Positions 44,610-57,732 of a stretch of 64,000 bases of DNA are shown here, piece after piece (position 1 is the stretch's first letter; the number at the start of each line of letters is the position of its first letter). Both the position numbers and the translations under genes were made by a program. The notes beneath the pieces were generated by a model. That model was not told the DNA's origin, did not search any database, and saw only the letters and a program-made list of their open reading frames with translations. Source of the DNA: the human T2T-CHM13v2.0 reference genome, Homo sapiens; assembly GCF_009914755.1 (NCBI RefSeq), contig NC_060929.1. One strand, given 5' to 3'.

Positions 44610-45126
44610 TGGTGAGTATGATAACATAATCTCCAGAACATGTGAATATGTTGTTACATGGCAATAGTGAATTAAGGTTGCTGATAAAATTAAGGTTGCT
44701 ACTCAACCAGTTTTCCAATGGAGAAATTATCTTGAAATTTCTAGTTGAGCTCATTGTAATTAAAAGGAAGTAGAAAAGAGAGAGAGCGAATCAGAGTCAA
44801 GGAAGAAGATATAAGGATGTTATGGAGCAAGGTCAGAGTAATTTGCTGTGAAAATTAAGCCACATGTTGCTGGGTTTAAAGATGGAATCGTGAGGTCATG
44901 AGTCAAGAAATATCACACGGGTGGCCTCTAGAACCTGAAAAGGGTGAGGAAATGGATTCTCCCTGAAGCCTTCAAAAATAAACAGCCCTGCTCTAGCCTT
45001 GATTTTTAGCCAAGTGAGACTGATTTCACTCTTCTGTCCTCCAGAACTGTAAGATAATAAATTTGCTTTGTTTTAAACCACCACTTATTTTGATAATTTG
45101 CTGCAGTAGCCATAGGTAATTAATAC
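44610..45126 (+). mobile_element. MLT1D MaLR solo LTR
   Basis: TGTGAATATGTT..TACATGGCAA...AATTAAGGTTGCT...GGCCTCTAGAA...CCTCCAGAACTGTAAGATAATAAATTTG...TAATAC. Confidence 0.85.
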
Positions 45127-45208
45127 TCTTCTAATTGGGACCATGATGTTTCATATCCTAATAATATCCAATTGAGAGCCCTCTAGCCTGCAGTCCTCAA
45201 AATGTCTG

Positions 45209-45451
45209 AATGTCTGTAATCCCTGAAATTTGGGAGGCCGAAGTGCTCTGGAGTATCACTTGAGCCCAGAAGTTCGAGACCAGCCTGGGCATTAAAGCAA
45301 GACCTCCAATTTAACACATTAGGTAGGCACAGTGATGCAGGCCTATGATCCCAGGTACTCAGGAGACTGAGGCAGGAGAATTGCTTGAGCCCTGAAGTTT
45401 GAAGCTACAGTTAACTATGATAATGTCACTGCACTCCAGCCTGGATGACAG
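45209..45451 (+). mobile_element. AluJ (diverged, both ends trimmed)
   Basis: CTGTAATCCC...CACTTGAGCCCAGAAGTTCGAGACCAGCCTGGGC...CACTGCACTCCAGCCTGGATGACAG. Confidence 0.85.
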
Positions 45452-46335
45452 TTGGTTTTTTCGTTTTGGATTTTTTTTTAAGTGCGAGTACCTTTCTTTA
45501 CCTACAGATACTCTTGTAATAGCCATATTTCCCTTTGGGAAATAATTATGTTGGTTATTTCCATATTCACCTGCTATGACATTGTAGAATCCCTTCTCCT
45601 GGAGAGCTGAACTCTCTTCTAGTCATGGGGTTCTGAATCTGAAAACTGCCTTAAGTTTAAACATTGGGCAAGTTGTGATTGTTTTTAATTGTGGAAGTTG
45701 CATTCAACCTCTTGACCGGTATCCTTGATTTCTTCTTATAGATGGAGTACCACCTTTCTTGAATGATCATTCTTGTCCTAGTGTTGCTATGTTTTTTTAA
45801 CCATCCTGGCAACTCTTTGCAGGTCAAGCACCCCTGGATGTCAATCAGATTCTTCTACTCATTAAAATAATTTTACTCACCTTACTTCTGATGATTAATC
45901 ACCACCTCTTGACCTCTATGATTTCATAAATCTTTTTCCATTGCTATCAGAAAATCCAATTCAGCAACAGCATCTCATATCTTCAGCCCTCACATACAGA
46001 GCAGAGCCACTAATGAGTATGTGGGTGATGTTAGTGCCTGTTTCAGTTGTGATTTACTAATTATTTTGGTAAGGATTTTGTCCTGCAGGCCCTACCATGG
46101 AACATAGTCTCTTGATTAATTTTCTGGTCTTCTGTAGCATTCCACTTTCTTGAATTGTTTGATCACTTCTTCTACTCTCTGCCATGGTAGTTTTGACAAA
46201 TCTGTGTCACTTTAGTGTAGATAATCACTATCTCCAAGCGTTCAAAAGCCAGCTGATAGCATATTTGCATTGGCTCCTGAGGTTTCGTTATTACGTTAAA
46301 TTCTGTCATTGGGGCGTGCTTTCATATTGTGAAAC

Positions 46336-46694
46336 TGTCTTAGTCAGTTTGGGCTACTATAACAAAGTACAATATTCTGGGTGGTTTATAAACAGCAGAA
46401 ATTTATTTCTCACAGTTCTGGAGTCTGGAAGTCAGAGATCAGGCTGCCAACAAGGTTGGGTTTGGGAGAAGACCTTCCTCCAGGTTACAAACTGCTGGAG
46501 TTATGTTACATCCTTACATGGAAGAAAGAGAGCAAGCTAGCTTTCTGTCCTCTTATTAGGGCACTAATCAGGTTTATGAGGGCTCCATCCTCATGACCTG
46601 ATTACTTTCAATATGTCTCACCTCCAAATATCATTGTATTGGGATAAAATTTCAGCATTTGGATTTGGGGGAAAATGCATATTGGTCCATTGCA
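46336..46694 (-). mobile_element. MLT1A-type MaLR solo LTR
   Basis: TGTCTTAGTCAGTTTGGGCTACTATAACAAA...GGGCACTAATC...TTTGGGGGAAAATGCATATTGGTCCATTGCA. Confidence 0.85.
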
Positions 46695-47649
46695 CTTTCC
46701 TTTATCCAACTTTATGTTCTGCTTTATCCAACTTTATGTTCTTTATGTTCTGCTCTACCCCCCACATTCCTGTTATTCTGGCCACCTTAGAATCTTGAGA
46801 CTACAAAAGTAGTCTCAAGATACTACTTATCAATGTTAACTGGGTCCTGCAGTGTGTTCCTGGCGTGGTTACTTTTCTCTATCTAGCAGTTCCACAGTAG
46901 GGTGATATTGTGATTTAACTGTAGTTAATGGCCTGGAGGCCAGGAGGAGAGATGAGGGCAAGGGGGACATCTATTACCTTGTAATGCACAAGCTTCTGCA
47001 TTATCTTCAATCAAGAGAAAAGCCCTACATTTTTATAAGGAGTGGACCACATTTGCAGGCCCAGAGGAAATTCAGGGATTCAATAATTCCAAGGGAAAAA
47101 CCTAGTTTTTTCCCATCCCAAATCTCAGAACCACACCTAGCATTAGGACCCCGACATTGTTATAGTTGGCCTGCTTGTTTTGATGATTGAACCTTCTTCT
47201 CAGCTCTGTTATACCTATACGCTGATCCTTCCTTTTTCTCTGCATTATAATACAGTAGATGAAAGTTTCTATATGAGTTACCAAGTATGCCCTCTGGCTT
47301 TCACATTTGGCTTTTAAATCTCGATTAATTACACTGTACTTTTCATTGTTTTCCTTCGGTACCTTGACAGCTCCCAGCTAGAGCCATCTGATCCTTCAGA
47401 CCTTACAATGAACACTTTTCCCAATTGTTCAAGCACTTGAGATATCCCACCCCTCAGCTATTCTTTTCCACTTCTATCAACGCAATTTAGCAGCAATGAA
47501 AATGTAAACAGTCACCCTACTATGGGATGGCCTGAACTATAGTGTTCTACCTTCACCTGATGAAAGGATCCTCACTGCCAGTTTTAAAGTTGCTCCAGTT
47601 ACAAAGTCATACTTTGGGGTCTTGTTCTTATGACCACCCCGTCTCAGTA

Positions 47650-48070
47650 TCTTTTAGGTATGGTTACCTGGGAAATATATTCTGAGTTAGTGTTTGACAT
47701 TCAGATCCAGTTAGCCCGATGCTATCTGGACTAACACCTGTAAGAAAGAAAAATATTAGGACCCAAGGTCAGGCAGAGGGAGAAGTTTGACTGTGATGCA
47801 AATACAATGGGATCCTCCACTGGGAAAGTGTGAGGCTCTGAAGCTTTGATGTCTCCCAGAGACCTCTGAATTGAACCACTGTGACTGGTCCTTAGTATTG
47901 ACATAGCACCAAAGTCATTTTGTGACTTTGGGTGAAGGATCTCCCTTGGCTGTGGAAACAGCAGCAACAGTCAGGTCTGCGGAGTCTGGAGCCAACAGTC
48001 CTAACAGCTGGACCCTGAGTGTTTCCGTCTTTGAATGGGAGACTTGACTGTGTCCGTAGCACCCACTATA
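47650..48070 (-). mobile_element. LTR16-family ERVL LTR (putative 5' LTR of the adjacent provirus)
   Basis: GGCAGAGGGAGAAGTTTGACTGTGATGCA...GTGACTTTGGGTGAAGG...GCCAACAGTCCTAACAGCTGG...GCACCCACTATA. Confidence 0.7.
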
Positions 48071-48799
48071 AATATAAATAGCATTCTTCCTTTGTTCCAC
48101 AACAGATGCAAACCTTATTTTTCTTGTCTATTTACTATATTATTCAGTTTCTGAGAGAGATGTTGAGATGCCTGTGCTATTTAGTGTATTTTCTATGTCT
48201 ACTGAATCAATTTGAGAAATGCAAATCCACCATTAAATATACTGTAAGGTGTGGCAGCTTCCATTCTTAGCTCTATTATCGTTAAGCATAAATAATGCTG
48301 ATAATAAGCATTATTTTCCAACCAAACTATTCTACATCTAATGTTCCTATTACTTGTCCCCACGCTTCTATTTTTATTCCAGCTATCTCCCTAGAGTAAT
48401 CTTATTACTTATATTTATATATGTTTAAGACACCTAACAGTAGTTTATAGCTGAGGCACTGACACTGTCTTATTTCTGAACAATAAAAGCTTGAATTATC
48501 ACTAAGGCAATAAATTACAAAGAGTGAAATAAACCTAAACAAACAGAATATTTCTGAAATAAAAACAACTGATCACCATTAATTGGGAAATGAAGTTGTT
48601 CAGTGATTAATTCTGTCTGGTAGGAAGGAGGATAATAAATTAAACCACATAGAACACATTTGGGCAGCCACTTTGTTTCCCAAGCTGTAAAAATGGTAGT
48701 GGCTTTACAGCTGGGGTACTGACAGTATATCTTACTTTTGAACCATAAATACTTGGGATATTTAATTGAATATGTGGAGATCATTAGTCGCCAGGTTAT

Positions 48800-49397
48800 C
48801 TTTATCAGTATGGTTAGGCTACTCTAAAGTTCACTGGATATTTTAGCAAAGTGAATTTGATATAAGGATTTGTAACATCAGAATTTGACAGATGGAAGAA
48901 CACAAAAAGAGCATTGAGATAACCCAGAAGTAATAACTGTACAATTAGCCTCTGTCCCTAGGACTGAGGAAACAAAGGTGAAATTTCAGTATATCAGAAT
49001 TAAGGGACATGCACCCAGGTCTCTTAGAGAGCAGAACAATTCAACTGCTGCTAGTATCTCTTATGGGATTCAGTAGTAAGGCTGGTTTGGGGAGCACTGT
49101 TGTGATGAAGCATCATTGCTCAGGCGGGTCTGCCAGAAACTTCAAGCATATGGTAAGGCAGAAGTCTTTCCCCCTCCTCCTGCCTTCCAATCTGACTCTG
49201 TGACAGGTTTTAGCAAATACTACCTGGAAGTCATTTGGTAAAGACAGTTGTAATCTGCAGAGTCCCAGCCCCACATCACTGTAATGTGAGGCACATTACA
49301 GCCTCAGCTGTAAACTACAGTTAGGTGTCTTAAACATAAGACACCTGTAAAGGGGATCAATATGGAGCAGGGAGAAACTAGACTATAATTGGGCCAG
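48800..49397 (-). mobile_element. Ancient ERVL LTR (LTR41/LTR50/LTR52 group)
   Basis: CCTCCTCCTGCCTTCCAATCT...TGCAGAGTCCCAGCCCCACATCAC...GGAGCAGGGAGAAA. Confidence 0.55.
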
Positions 49398-50306
49398 GAT
49401 TGCATGAGATCTAATCTGATAAACAGTACACCTATGCTCTATAATGTTCAAGATATAATTCAAATGGGCATCATCATTAGTTTTGGCAGGGTTCTGAATT
49501 TACATTCTCTTGTAAGGTTTATTCTCTTACATTTCACTTCCTCTCAGGCTTCTCTAATAACTTTCAGGGTAGATCACTTTGCTTCATTGATATTTTTGCT
49601 GTAATGTAAAGCGTGGCTTTATAATTCCCAAGAGATTAATTTGTCTTGGTAGCTGTACTCCCTTCTCAAAGTGTAGATGCCTAATGTGACTATATTGTAT
49701 CTTTGACAGCAGTTTTATTCTTTGCCTATGTGCCATTTAGTTAAACAAATTTTTACCATTTGAGCATGTATTGTTCAAGAACTACCAAGATTAGTGCAAG
49801 TCATATATTACACTTCAAACGATGCAAAACGTGAGATTTGTAAAAATAAATATACACTTTCATTTTATTAAAAAGTATATTTGATGATGGAGAAACACTT
49901 TAAATGGAGTGCATGTTTTTTGGAGAAAACAATTCCATCTTCACATTTTGGCTATAAATCAAATAAATATTCTCCTAAAGTAGTAAAAGACTAAAAGTCT
50001 ACTTCAAGTTCCCAGTTGGTATAACTGTCATGAAAAAATTGGCATAAAGCAAATACAATGCCTTCATTGGCTCTATACATACTGATTTTGCTTGGGCTAA
50101 ACCCCAATGTTCATTCTTTTGCAATAGTAATTGTTATCCAAATATACTGAAAAATATATTTAAGTTCAGTGCAAGCAATAGCTAAGGGCAGAGAGATGTA
50201 ACACTGATGGATTGTGATGCCTCATATAAATTATTATATGAATCTCAATATCTAATTAGAACTGTCTTTGTAAATAGCACAAAGTCATTAAAGTCAATAT
50301 AGATAA

Positions 50307-50610
50307 ATTTTCTTTCCTTTTTCTTTGTTTTTTAGAGACAGTGTCCCACTTGTTGCTCAGGCTGGATTACAGTGGCACAATCATAGTTCACTGCAGCCTC
50401 CAAGTTTTGGCTCAAGGTTCCAGCATCAGCCCCAAAAGTAGCTGGGAAAACAAGTATGCACCACTATGCCTGGATTTTTTTTTTTTTTAATTTTTGTAGA
50501 GATGAGGATCTCTCTTTGTTGCCCAGGCTGGTCTCCTGGCTTCAAGTACTTCTCCAGCCTCAGCCTCACGAAGTACTGGGATTACAGGTATGAACGACTA
50601 TGCCAGGGTC
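50307..50610 (-). mobile_element. AluJ
   Basis: CAATCATAGTTCACTGCAGCCTC and TTTTTGTAGAGATGAGG; degenerate TSD TAGATAAATTTTCT/TAGGTGAAATTTTCT. Confidence 0.9.
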
Positions 50611-51926
50611 TTAGGTGAAATTTTCTGAGACTACACTTTTGACACATCAAAAATTAAATTAAAATAAATACAGAAGTTTCATAAGGCATTTGAAAATGAA
50701 TAAATAAAATTAGGAAGAAAACGTTACTGGCTACATATTTATTTGCAGGTATCATAAATTAATAAGCCCACATTTCATAACTAATGCTTTGTATCTGAGA
50801 CAACAATCTCTCAAAATTAAGGAGCTATCTCTAAGTTTCAATGCCTCTGTGTGGATTTTATTTATTGTATTGAAATAATCTCTTAGTGATCATGTATATT
50901 AATTTTGCACATAAACATTGAAAGCAAAACATGTTAATTACATTTTAGACCTATACATATTTCTATGATGCTGTAATTTTTTAATCATTCATTTTATGAT
51001 GATTTAAGAATGCAAAGCAGTAAAATGAAAATCTAGATTAGCATCATCAATTTTGTGATAAGTTTATATCTTGTCATATATGTATACATATATATGCACA
51101 CACATATCCACATATTATTAAACTATTTGTTTTATTTGCCTTTATGAAATGTAACACCTTCCCTAACTCCAGTCAGCTATGAACAGCTTTGTATTACAAA
51201 GAGTAGGTATAAGCTTGCAGGCTTTGGATGATGTGAGAATACAAATAGTAGATAATAATTTATCTTTGTGAGGAAGAGTCACATATTTAATTTGCAAATA
51301 ATTAGTCATTTGCTTTGAGAGGTATGTATTTGCATTAAAATATGAACAAATTATATTTTATAATGCCATTTCCTATATTATTTTAAATAATTTTTGAATA
51401 GAAATCTCTAAAATATATATATGTAATTATTAATTTATTCTGTGGGAAACAGCCTAAACTTTGAATCAAGACAAACTTTATAAAACAAAATTAAAACACC
51501 TGCATAATAGGTTATCTTAAAAATGCAGAATATGTATCTAAAGCAGTATTCTAGTGTGACATTATGTAATCAGTATTACTTAGCTGTTACTGTATTATGA
51601 AAGCCAAATATGGGGAAAAGCCTTAATATTAAATGTCTCACAATAGACTGTTTTCATATCTTTTCACCCAATGGAAATAGCCAAATTATACCAAAACACA
51701 TTTTAATATGTTATGTATATTATACCTTTGTTAAGTATGTGTAGACAAAATATTAGATGATACCATGCTAATTATAGAACAGGCTCTTTAATTGGTAGAC
51801 TTAGGGCACATATTAGCTCATTAGTGTATCTTCTCCAACTCTAAATGTTAGGCATTGGATGTTTGTCATTAACTAACTATTAGGTTTGAAAAAGAGAAGT
51901 ATTGATATCTCAAGAGATAAAGTTAA

Positions 51927-52034
51927 GGCAGAACGTGGCAGCTCTTTCCTGTAATCCCAGCACTTTCGGAGGCCAAGGTGGGCTGATCACCTGTGGTCTG
52001 CCTGGGCGGCAAAGGGAGACTCCATCTCAAAAAA
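51927..52034 (+). mobile_element. Internally deleted AluS
   Basis: Left-arm start (..GATCACCTGTGGTC) is joined directly to the right-arm end (GCCTGGGC..GAGACTCCATCTCAAAAAA). Confidence 0.75.
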
Positions 52035-52599
52035 CACATCATCCTGCAGGGTATTCCACATGGGTAAATCCACATACATCCTGCAGTGGAAGTGTAGCCC
52101 CACTAGGGAGATACTATGGTGGAGGGCCAGCTGAGGAAAGCAGGAGAAACTAAATGAGCTTTTATTCCTACTACCCCTGCCACTGAATCAGTGAATGTGG
52201 AAACGTATTTTTTCCTGGAGCCACTACTTCCAACTTGGTGGCTGGGACACCACAGGCTCATAGGAAAAAAGACCACGACACAGACAGTTGCCTGGGGGAG
52301 TTACTATGGCCTAGGATGCCCGACAACTAGATATGACCTTCAATGACTAGCTGAGGCCAATGAATACACACTAGCATGCACCCTGGACCTAGCATGGAGA
52401 AGAAAACACAGAAGTGCAGAAACAGACTATTCTTAGAGAAATACCAATTCATGAGAGTAGATATCAACTTCAATGCAAACAACAATAACACAACGAGTAC
52501 TTCATGAAAATGTATTCTAGCACACAAATATTTTTGTGTCACTAAGATATAGTAATATTCAAATGTTTTAGTAGATGAATAGGAAAAAAATAAAAGGAT

Positions 52600-52881
52600 G
52601 GTCAATGTTAAGACCTGAATTGGTGATCTGGACAACCAAGTGAAAGAAACATCTGAAAAGTTATAACGAATATACACAGACCTAGAAATCCAGGGGAAAA
52701 AGTTAAGAATCCAGAGGTTTCATTAAGTAGGACTGCTGCTCATACAACATATGGGAAGTATTTACCTAGCACACAGTCCTCAGACTTATGTTTCATTTCT
52801 AGATCCAGGAAAACTCTCATGTGAATAATAAGGTTCAGAAAATGAAAAAAAAATAAACATAGATATAGAGGAGATGAGACA

Positions 52882-52912
<31 letters not shown>

Positions 52913-53100
52913 AGCATAAAATTTCCTTGCACTAAGAATCAGAAAATTGAAAATGTTCACAGAGTTCCAGGCAGCTTGGTAAGAAAGGGCAAATCTAGTC
53001 CTATCCGGCTGTAGCTACAAAATGCCAAGGACAAAGAGAAAATGTTACAAGCTCCCAGGCAGAACAATAAAAATAATATGTAATTTACAGAGATTGGAGA
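52600..53100 (+). mobile_element. HAL1/L1M ORF1-like remnant
   Basis: AAAATTTCCTTGCACT...GAAAATTGAAAATGTTCACAGAGTTCCAG...CCAAGGACAAAGAGAAAATGTTACAAGCTCCCAG. Confidence 0.55.
52882..52909. repeat. (AC)14 microsatellite
   Basis: Direct reading. Confidence 0.95.
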
Positions 53101-53997
53101 GCTGACCCTCACCCAGTCAGACCGATCCAACAGGTTAGTGGCCAGGCACTATTATGAATAAGAGCCTTTTTGTTCTGCTGAAAGCATAAAGCTGACCAAA
53201 ATCACAGTACTTACTGCCTGGGTAAGGGACAATATGACAGCAGACCAGCAGAGGCATCAACCTTTGATTTCCCATTTTGGGTTGTTATAACAGAGGCCAG
53301 CAGCACTACATTCAGAGCAGACCTTGAGTGGGCCTGTTTTTTTGCTATGCCACAGCTACAACCATATGATGTTACTTTTTAAAACAATATTTTCTCGTCT
53401 ATTAATTTTTAAAAATCTGAGGGCAATAAGCAATTGAGTTAAAATAGAATAAAATTACAATTTTTACTTAAGTATGGTAGTAAAATGAGATTTATAACTC
53501 TTTTGTTGTCAAAAGCAACAAAATGTTTTGGTCCATTTTCTGTTGACAAAAGCCTTCTGATGAAATAGAGATATTTGGGTAAGTGTTCAGTGTGAAACCA
53601 ATGTTTCATAGGAAAGAAGGGAGTGCTTAGAAATTATGTGACTTAGTAACTGCTCCTCATTTTGAGACAGCATAAGATACTCCATTAACTTGGAAAGTTT
53701 TAGAATAGTTCAGAAGCAGGCAGAGGAGTAGGATGTTTTTTCTAAGTTATTGTAAATTTTTTTATAAATCTGAGTTTCATTTATCTTGATCTGTTTAATA
53801 AATTTTGTGCTTTAAAAATGTTATGGCAGTTGGACAACATGGTTGAAATATTTCTTTTGAAATTTGTTTCTGGCAAGACAATTTGTTTTAGGCAATACAT
53901 AATTTGTTTGTCAAAGAGGAAAAAAATGTTAGAGATCAATTCTATTTGAATTTTACTTTGGATATGACTATACATTTTCACACTTTATTTCTTAAGG

Positions 53998-54058
53998 TTC
54001 TGCCCACCTCAGCCTTCCAAAGTTATGGTATTACAAGCATGAGCCACCACACCGGGCC
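53998..54058 (-). mobile_element. Alu 5' fragment
   Basis: CTGCCCACCTCAGCCTTCCAAAG...ATTACAAGCATGAGCCACCACACCGGGCC. Confidence 0.85.
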
Positions 54059-55590
54059 AGTTTATTTTTCTATCAGAAAGAACTCTGGCGAACCAGGCAT
54101 GCAAGGGTTCTTAAAACACTTTGGTTAAGCACAATAAGAAAGCACTGTATGAAAAGTACGCAAAAACATGATTAGTCTTATTAGGATTTAAATATGCCAA
54201 GTAAAGTAAAAGTGTAGTACTATTCTTGACTCAATAGATAGCCAAACATTATTTTAAATGGTAATATCAAGCTTTTTCTACAATTTAGGAAAATAGATGG
54301 CTATACATTAAAGTTTGCAATATAAATTGGTATGGCATGTCTAGACAGTAGTTTAATAATGTGTTTTAAAAACTTGAACAGTACAGACTTGTAACTGAGA
54401 TAGTACACTTTGACAGTTGATTTTTAGAACCTCAATCAAATTAAGATTGGACTGTAAAAAAGAATTTTGACTGCAATTTACTATTGATGCCCCTAAAATG
54501 TAAACAATCCAAATGTCTAGTAATAAGTTATTTAGTATAATTAAGCCATACAATAAAATTCAGCAATAAAATTGAGGATTTTTAGTTGTTTTGTTTTTGT
54601 ATGTATTGATATAGAAAGATGGGCATTTCTTATTACATGTAAATCATGGCGATTTAAAATATTAAACACTTGCCTATACAGCAATGTTTTATTTTTACCA
54701 TGTTTTTCTGTATTTTTAAAAACAATCAAAACATTAATATACTTGTATTTTAGATTTAAAACCCAAAAAATAAAGGCATGATTTAGTTTTTAATTGACAT
54801 TGAGCTATGTGGAATAGAGAATATACCTAGGGTCATGGTTTGATCAATTTAGACATTTTTTTTTTTCCACTGGGAATGTCAAGAGAAGGCTTTAAACAAA
54901 TTCCTATTTTGTGATACAGATACTTAATGCTGTTTTTAAATGTAAAACTTTTAGATGTCAGTTAATTTTTTATGCTTATTCAAATAAAAAAAAAAGAAGT
55001 AAAGAATAAACCACTGCTTGGGACAAATAGTGCAATGTTAACAAAAGACACATAGAACAGAAATAATCTACAGGTTTTTCTCCTATTAAGCAAAATGAAC
55101 TTCCAGAGTTGATTATATTTAAATTTATGGAGTAAATCAAGTATATTTAAACTTATGTGTAAGAGGAAAAAATAGTCAAAGGGAATTATCTGGCTTTAAA
55201 TGAACTTGTCTCCAGGCTGAGTGATTTATAAGCCAGAATTTAAACAAACCAAACCAAAACAAAGCAAAGAAACAAAAGTGCAATCATTATTTAGAAACTT
55301 CTGTCAGTCATATGTGAGAAATCATTACAAATTATGTCAATACTTTAGCCATCTAATCTTACAGGGTTGAATATTCTGTAGCAAAATTCTAGGACAATAA
55401 CAAGCAGCATAACACAGTGGAAAGAATAACTCAAATGTACCAATTCTCTTTCCATTATTATACTAACAAACTATCTAGATTTGATCAAAGCACCATTTGT
55501 AGTTTTAAATATCACTGTCTGCAAAGACATCTTAAAATTACAGTAATGTGATGGGGAACAAAATTAAGTACAATTTGACAAAACCAAAAA

Positions 55591-55643
55591 TAGAATGGAA
55601 TCAAATAGAATAGGATAGAACAGGACAGAATACAACAGAATAA
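55591..55643. repeat. Degenerate (AGAAT)n pentamer microsatellite
   Basis: TAGAATGGAATCAAATAGAATAGGATAGAACAGGACAGAATACAACAGAAT. Confidence 0.75.
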
Positions 55644-55647
55644 ATAT

Positions 55648-55817
55648 GAGTTTTTGGTTTTGAGCCTGGTTTCATTCTTCTTCAATCACTTAATTAGTGA
55701 ATGATCCCTGAATGAGCTGCTTAATTTTATTGGAGCTTTATTTTTATCTATTAATTACGGTGTGGAAATTAAAGGAAATAACTAAAGTCGAGCACACAGC
55801 TAAGCACTTGGCATAGT
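55648..55817 (+). mobile_element. MIR SINE
   Basis: CCTGGTTTCATTC...CACTTAATTAG...GAAATTAAAGGAAATAA...GCACTTGGCATAGT. Confidence 0.55.
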
Positions 55818-57121
55818 CATTTTCTAGTAGGTCTTTCAGGGTATGCCCTGGCTTCTTCACCCCATTGACCATTCCAACCTTTAAGCATTTTATAGGGAAA
55901 AAAAAAAAAAGGAAAGCATACCTTAATTAGTTCATGAATTTAACACATCTAGAAGGGATAGCTTAAAGGTTGATTGCTAGCATCAAAATACAATTATTGG
56001 CAAAGCAAGAGGATAGTCTCTACTAATTAGATTGAAAATGGGAAGAAAGTAAGCCCTAATTTTGTATTCACAGACTCTATCGCACAAAGCCTGGTTAAGG
56101 AAGTCCTGACTTAGTACTAAATCCTGATGAAGATTTCTAATGGAGTTAATTTTCTTCAAGCTCAGTATTAACTGCTTTTCGCCAAAAGTATGTGTCTGCT
56201 AAAAATCAAGAATAAACAGGCTTCATGAATATAACTATAATATTAAATTATAGGGAGACTATAGTTTTTACTCTAATCAAAGCTCACATGTGTATTTAGA
56301 TTTTTATGGTGGAAATAGATTTTATAGTGGGTATGAACTGGTAGAGGAAACTATTTAGAATTCCTTCTCTTCTAGTTTGTCCTCATGCTTTCTTCCTGTC
56401 TGAAAATATTCCCATTTATCTAATATCTCAAAAAGCTGGCCCTCAGCTTTTGCTTGAATGTCCTAGGGAGTCTATTCCTAACATGCTCTACAGGCTTCTA
56501 AATCTAATGCCTCTGAATCCATTGCCATGCTAGTCCCACCTCTAGCACTTGACCTGGCTAAGCCCATGGTTGCTTCCCTCTTTCATCCCTGAAGGCTGAT
56601 GTGAGAATGTATTGCCATGAGGGAAAGTTGTAATTAATAGCTTGGCATGTTCTAAGATCGACATTACCAACATAACTGGTTAAAAAATGGAGTGTGCTGT
56701 GTTGTCAAGTAGACACCTCTGTAAAGTTGTTCAGAGGTTACAAACTTTCTTTCAGAGACCTTGGTATGAGGTTATGTGTATGGCTTTTGAGTTTTCTTTC
56801 AATAAAAAAAAAAATCTATTGAAGTTCCATCCAATAAAATTAAGTAATCATTATAAGAACACTCCATATAAATGGATAATGGTTTGAAGATCTGGCACAA
56901 TTTTAATTGATATTCAAATTCAAGTAGCATTCATTGAACTCATGCTATTCTAGAAGTTTACTTCATAAACATGTATTGAATACAACTTATCTGCCAGATG
57001 TTAATGAAAGAAATAGACAAAAATATCTACTCTCATAATATTTACATTCTAGTCAGAGGAAAAAAGTGAATATAAAAATAATAAATATTTCAATTACATA
57101 TTAGTTTCAAAGTGATCAAGT

Positions 57122-57732
57122 TATGAAACTAAATCTTGGGGCCCCAAAATCACTAAGCTAAACAAAAAGTCGAGCTGGGAACTCCCCCTCTCCTTTTGGT
57201 TCCTAAATAAGTTTGCTACAAGCTGAAAAGCTACATGGAAATTCCTTTCCGTGTATTTTTTTGCCCACAAGCAAATTCCTAGTAAGCGCCAAGATCTTTA
57301 CCCTAAGGGATTTCTGTTAAGATTTCACCATAGCAATGTAAATTGAAGCTTATATTTACAGGTGCAGTCAGCCCCCTGCCCACTAGACACAAATGCATAT
57401 CTGATTGTCCCCCTGCCCCATTTTATCTATGTTATCTTATGTGAAAAATGCAGATTCCCTGAATTTTTTCTCTGCTCCATTTGTCTATGCCATTTTATGT
57501 CAAAAAAATGCAGATTCACTGAGCCAGACAAAGGAATCAATAACTATTTTTCCCTACCCCCCTCTTACATGAAAATTGTGTACTTCTCAATATCCCGTCC
57601 TTTTCCCTTTAAATTTGGAGCCCTCAACATCATCTTTGAAGAAAGACATAGACCCGTCTTCTTCATGTACATCCTTAACTTTGCAAATAAACCTAAAATG
57701 ATTTAGGCTTTTGTCATTTTTATTGATTGACA
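57122..57732 (+). mobile_element. MER4-family ERV1 solo LTR (MER4A/B-like)
   Basis: AAATCTTGGGGCCCCAAAATCACTAAGCTAAA...CAAATGCATATCTGATTG...AAATGCAGATTCACTGAGCCAGAC...CTTAACTTTGCAAATAAACCT...TTGACA. Confidence 0.85.

Larger units (their letters stand above)
41550..47650 (-). mobile_element. Highly decayed ERVL internal region (HERV16/ERV3-16-like), interrupted by L1M, MLT1D, AluJ and MLT1A
   Basis: Lies directly downstream (minus strand) of an LTR16-like LTR, with a degenerate PBS-like GGGGTGGTCATAAGAAC junction near 47625-47645. Internal similarity is weak and the left boundary is uncertain. Confidence 0.5.

Noticed and set aside
46700-46753. 22-bp duplication with an extra 9-bp unit (similar small duplications at 4551-4570, 24945-24970, 36265-36290, 43241-43283)
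   Set aside because: Ordinary slippage-type microduplications with no sign of function.
55591-55643. GGAAT-like run as HSATII/III satellite
   Set aside because: Only ~50 bp of a degenerate pentamer microsatellite.
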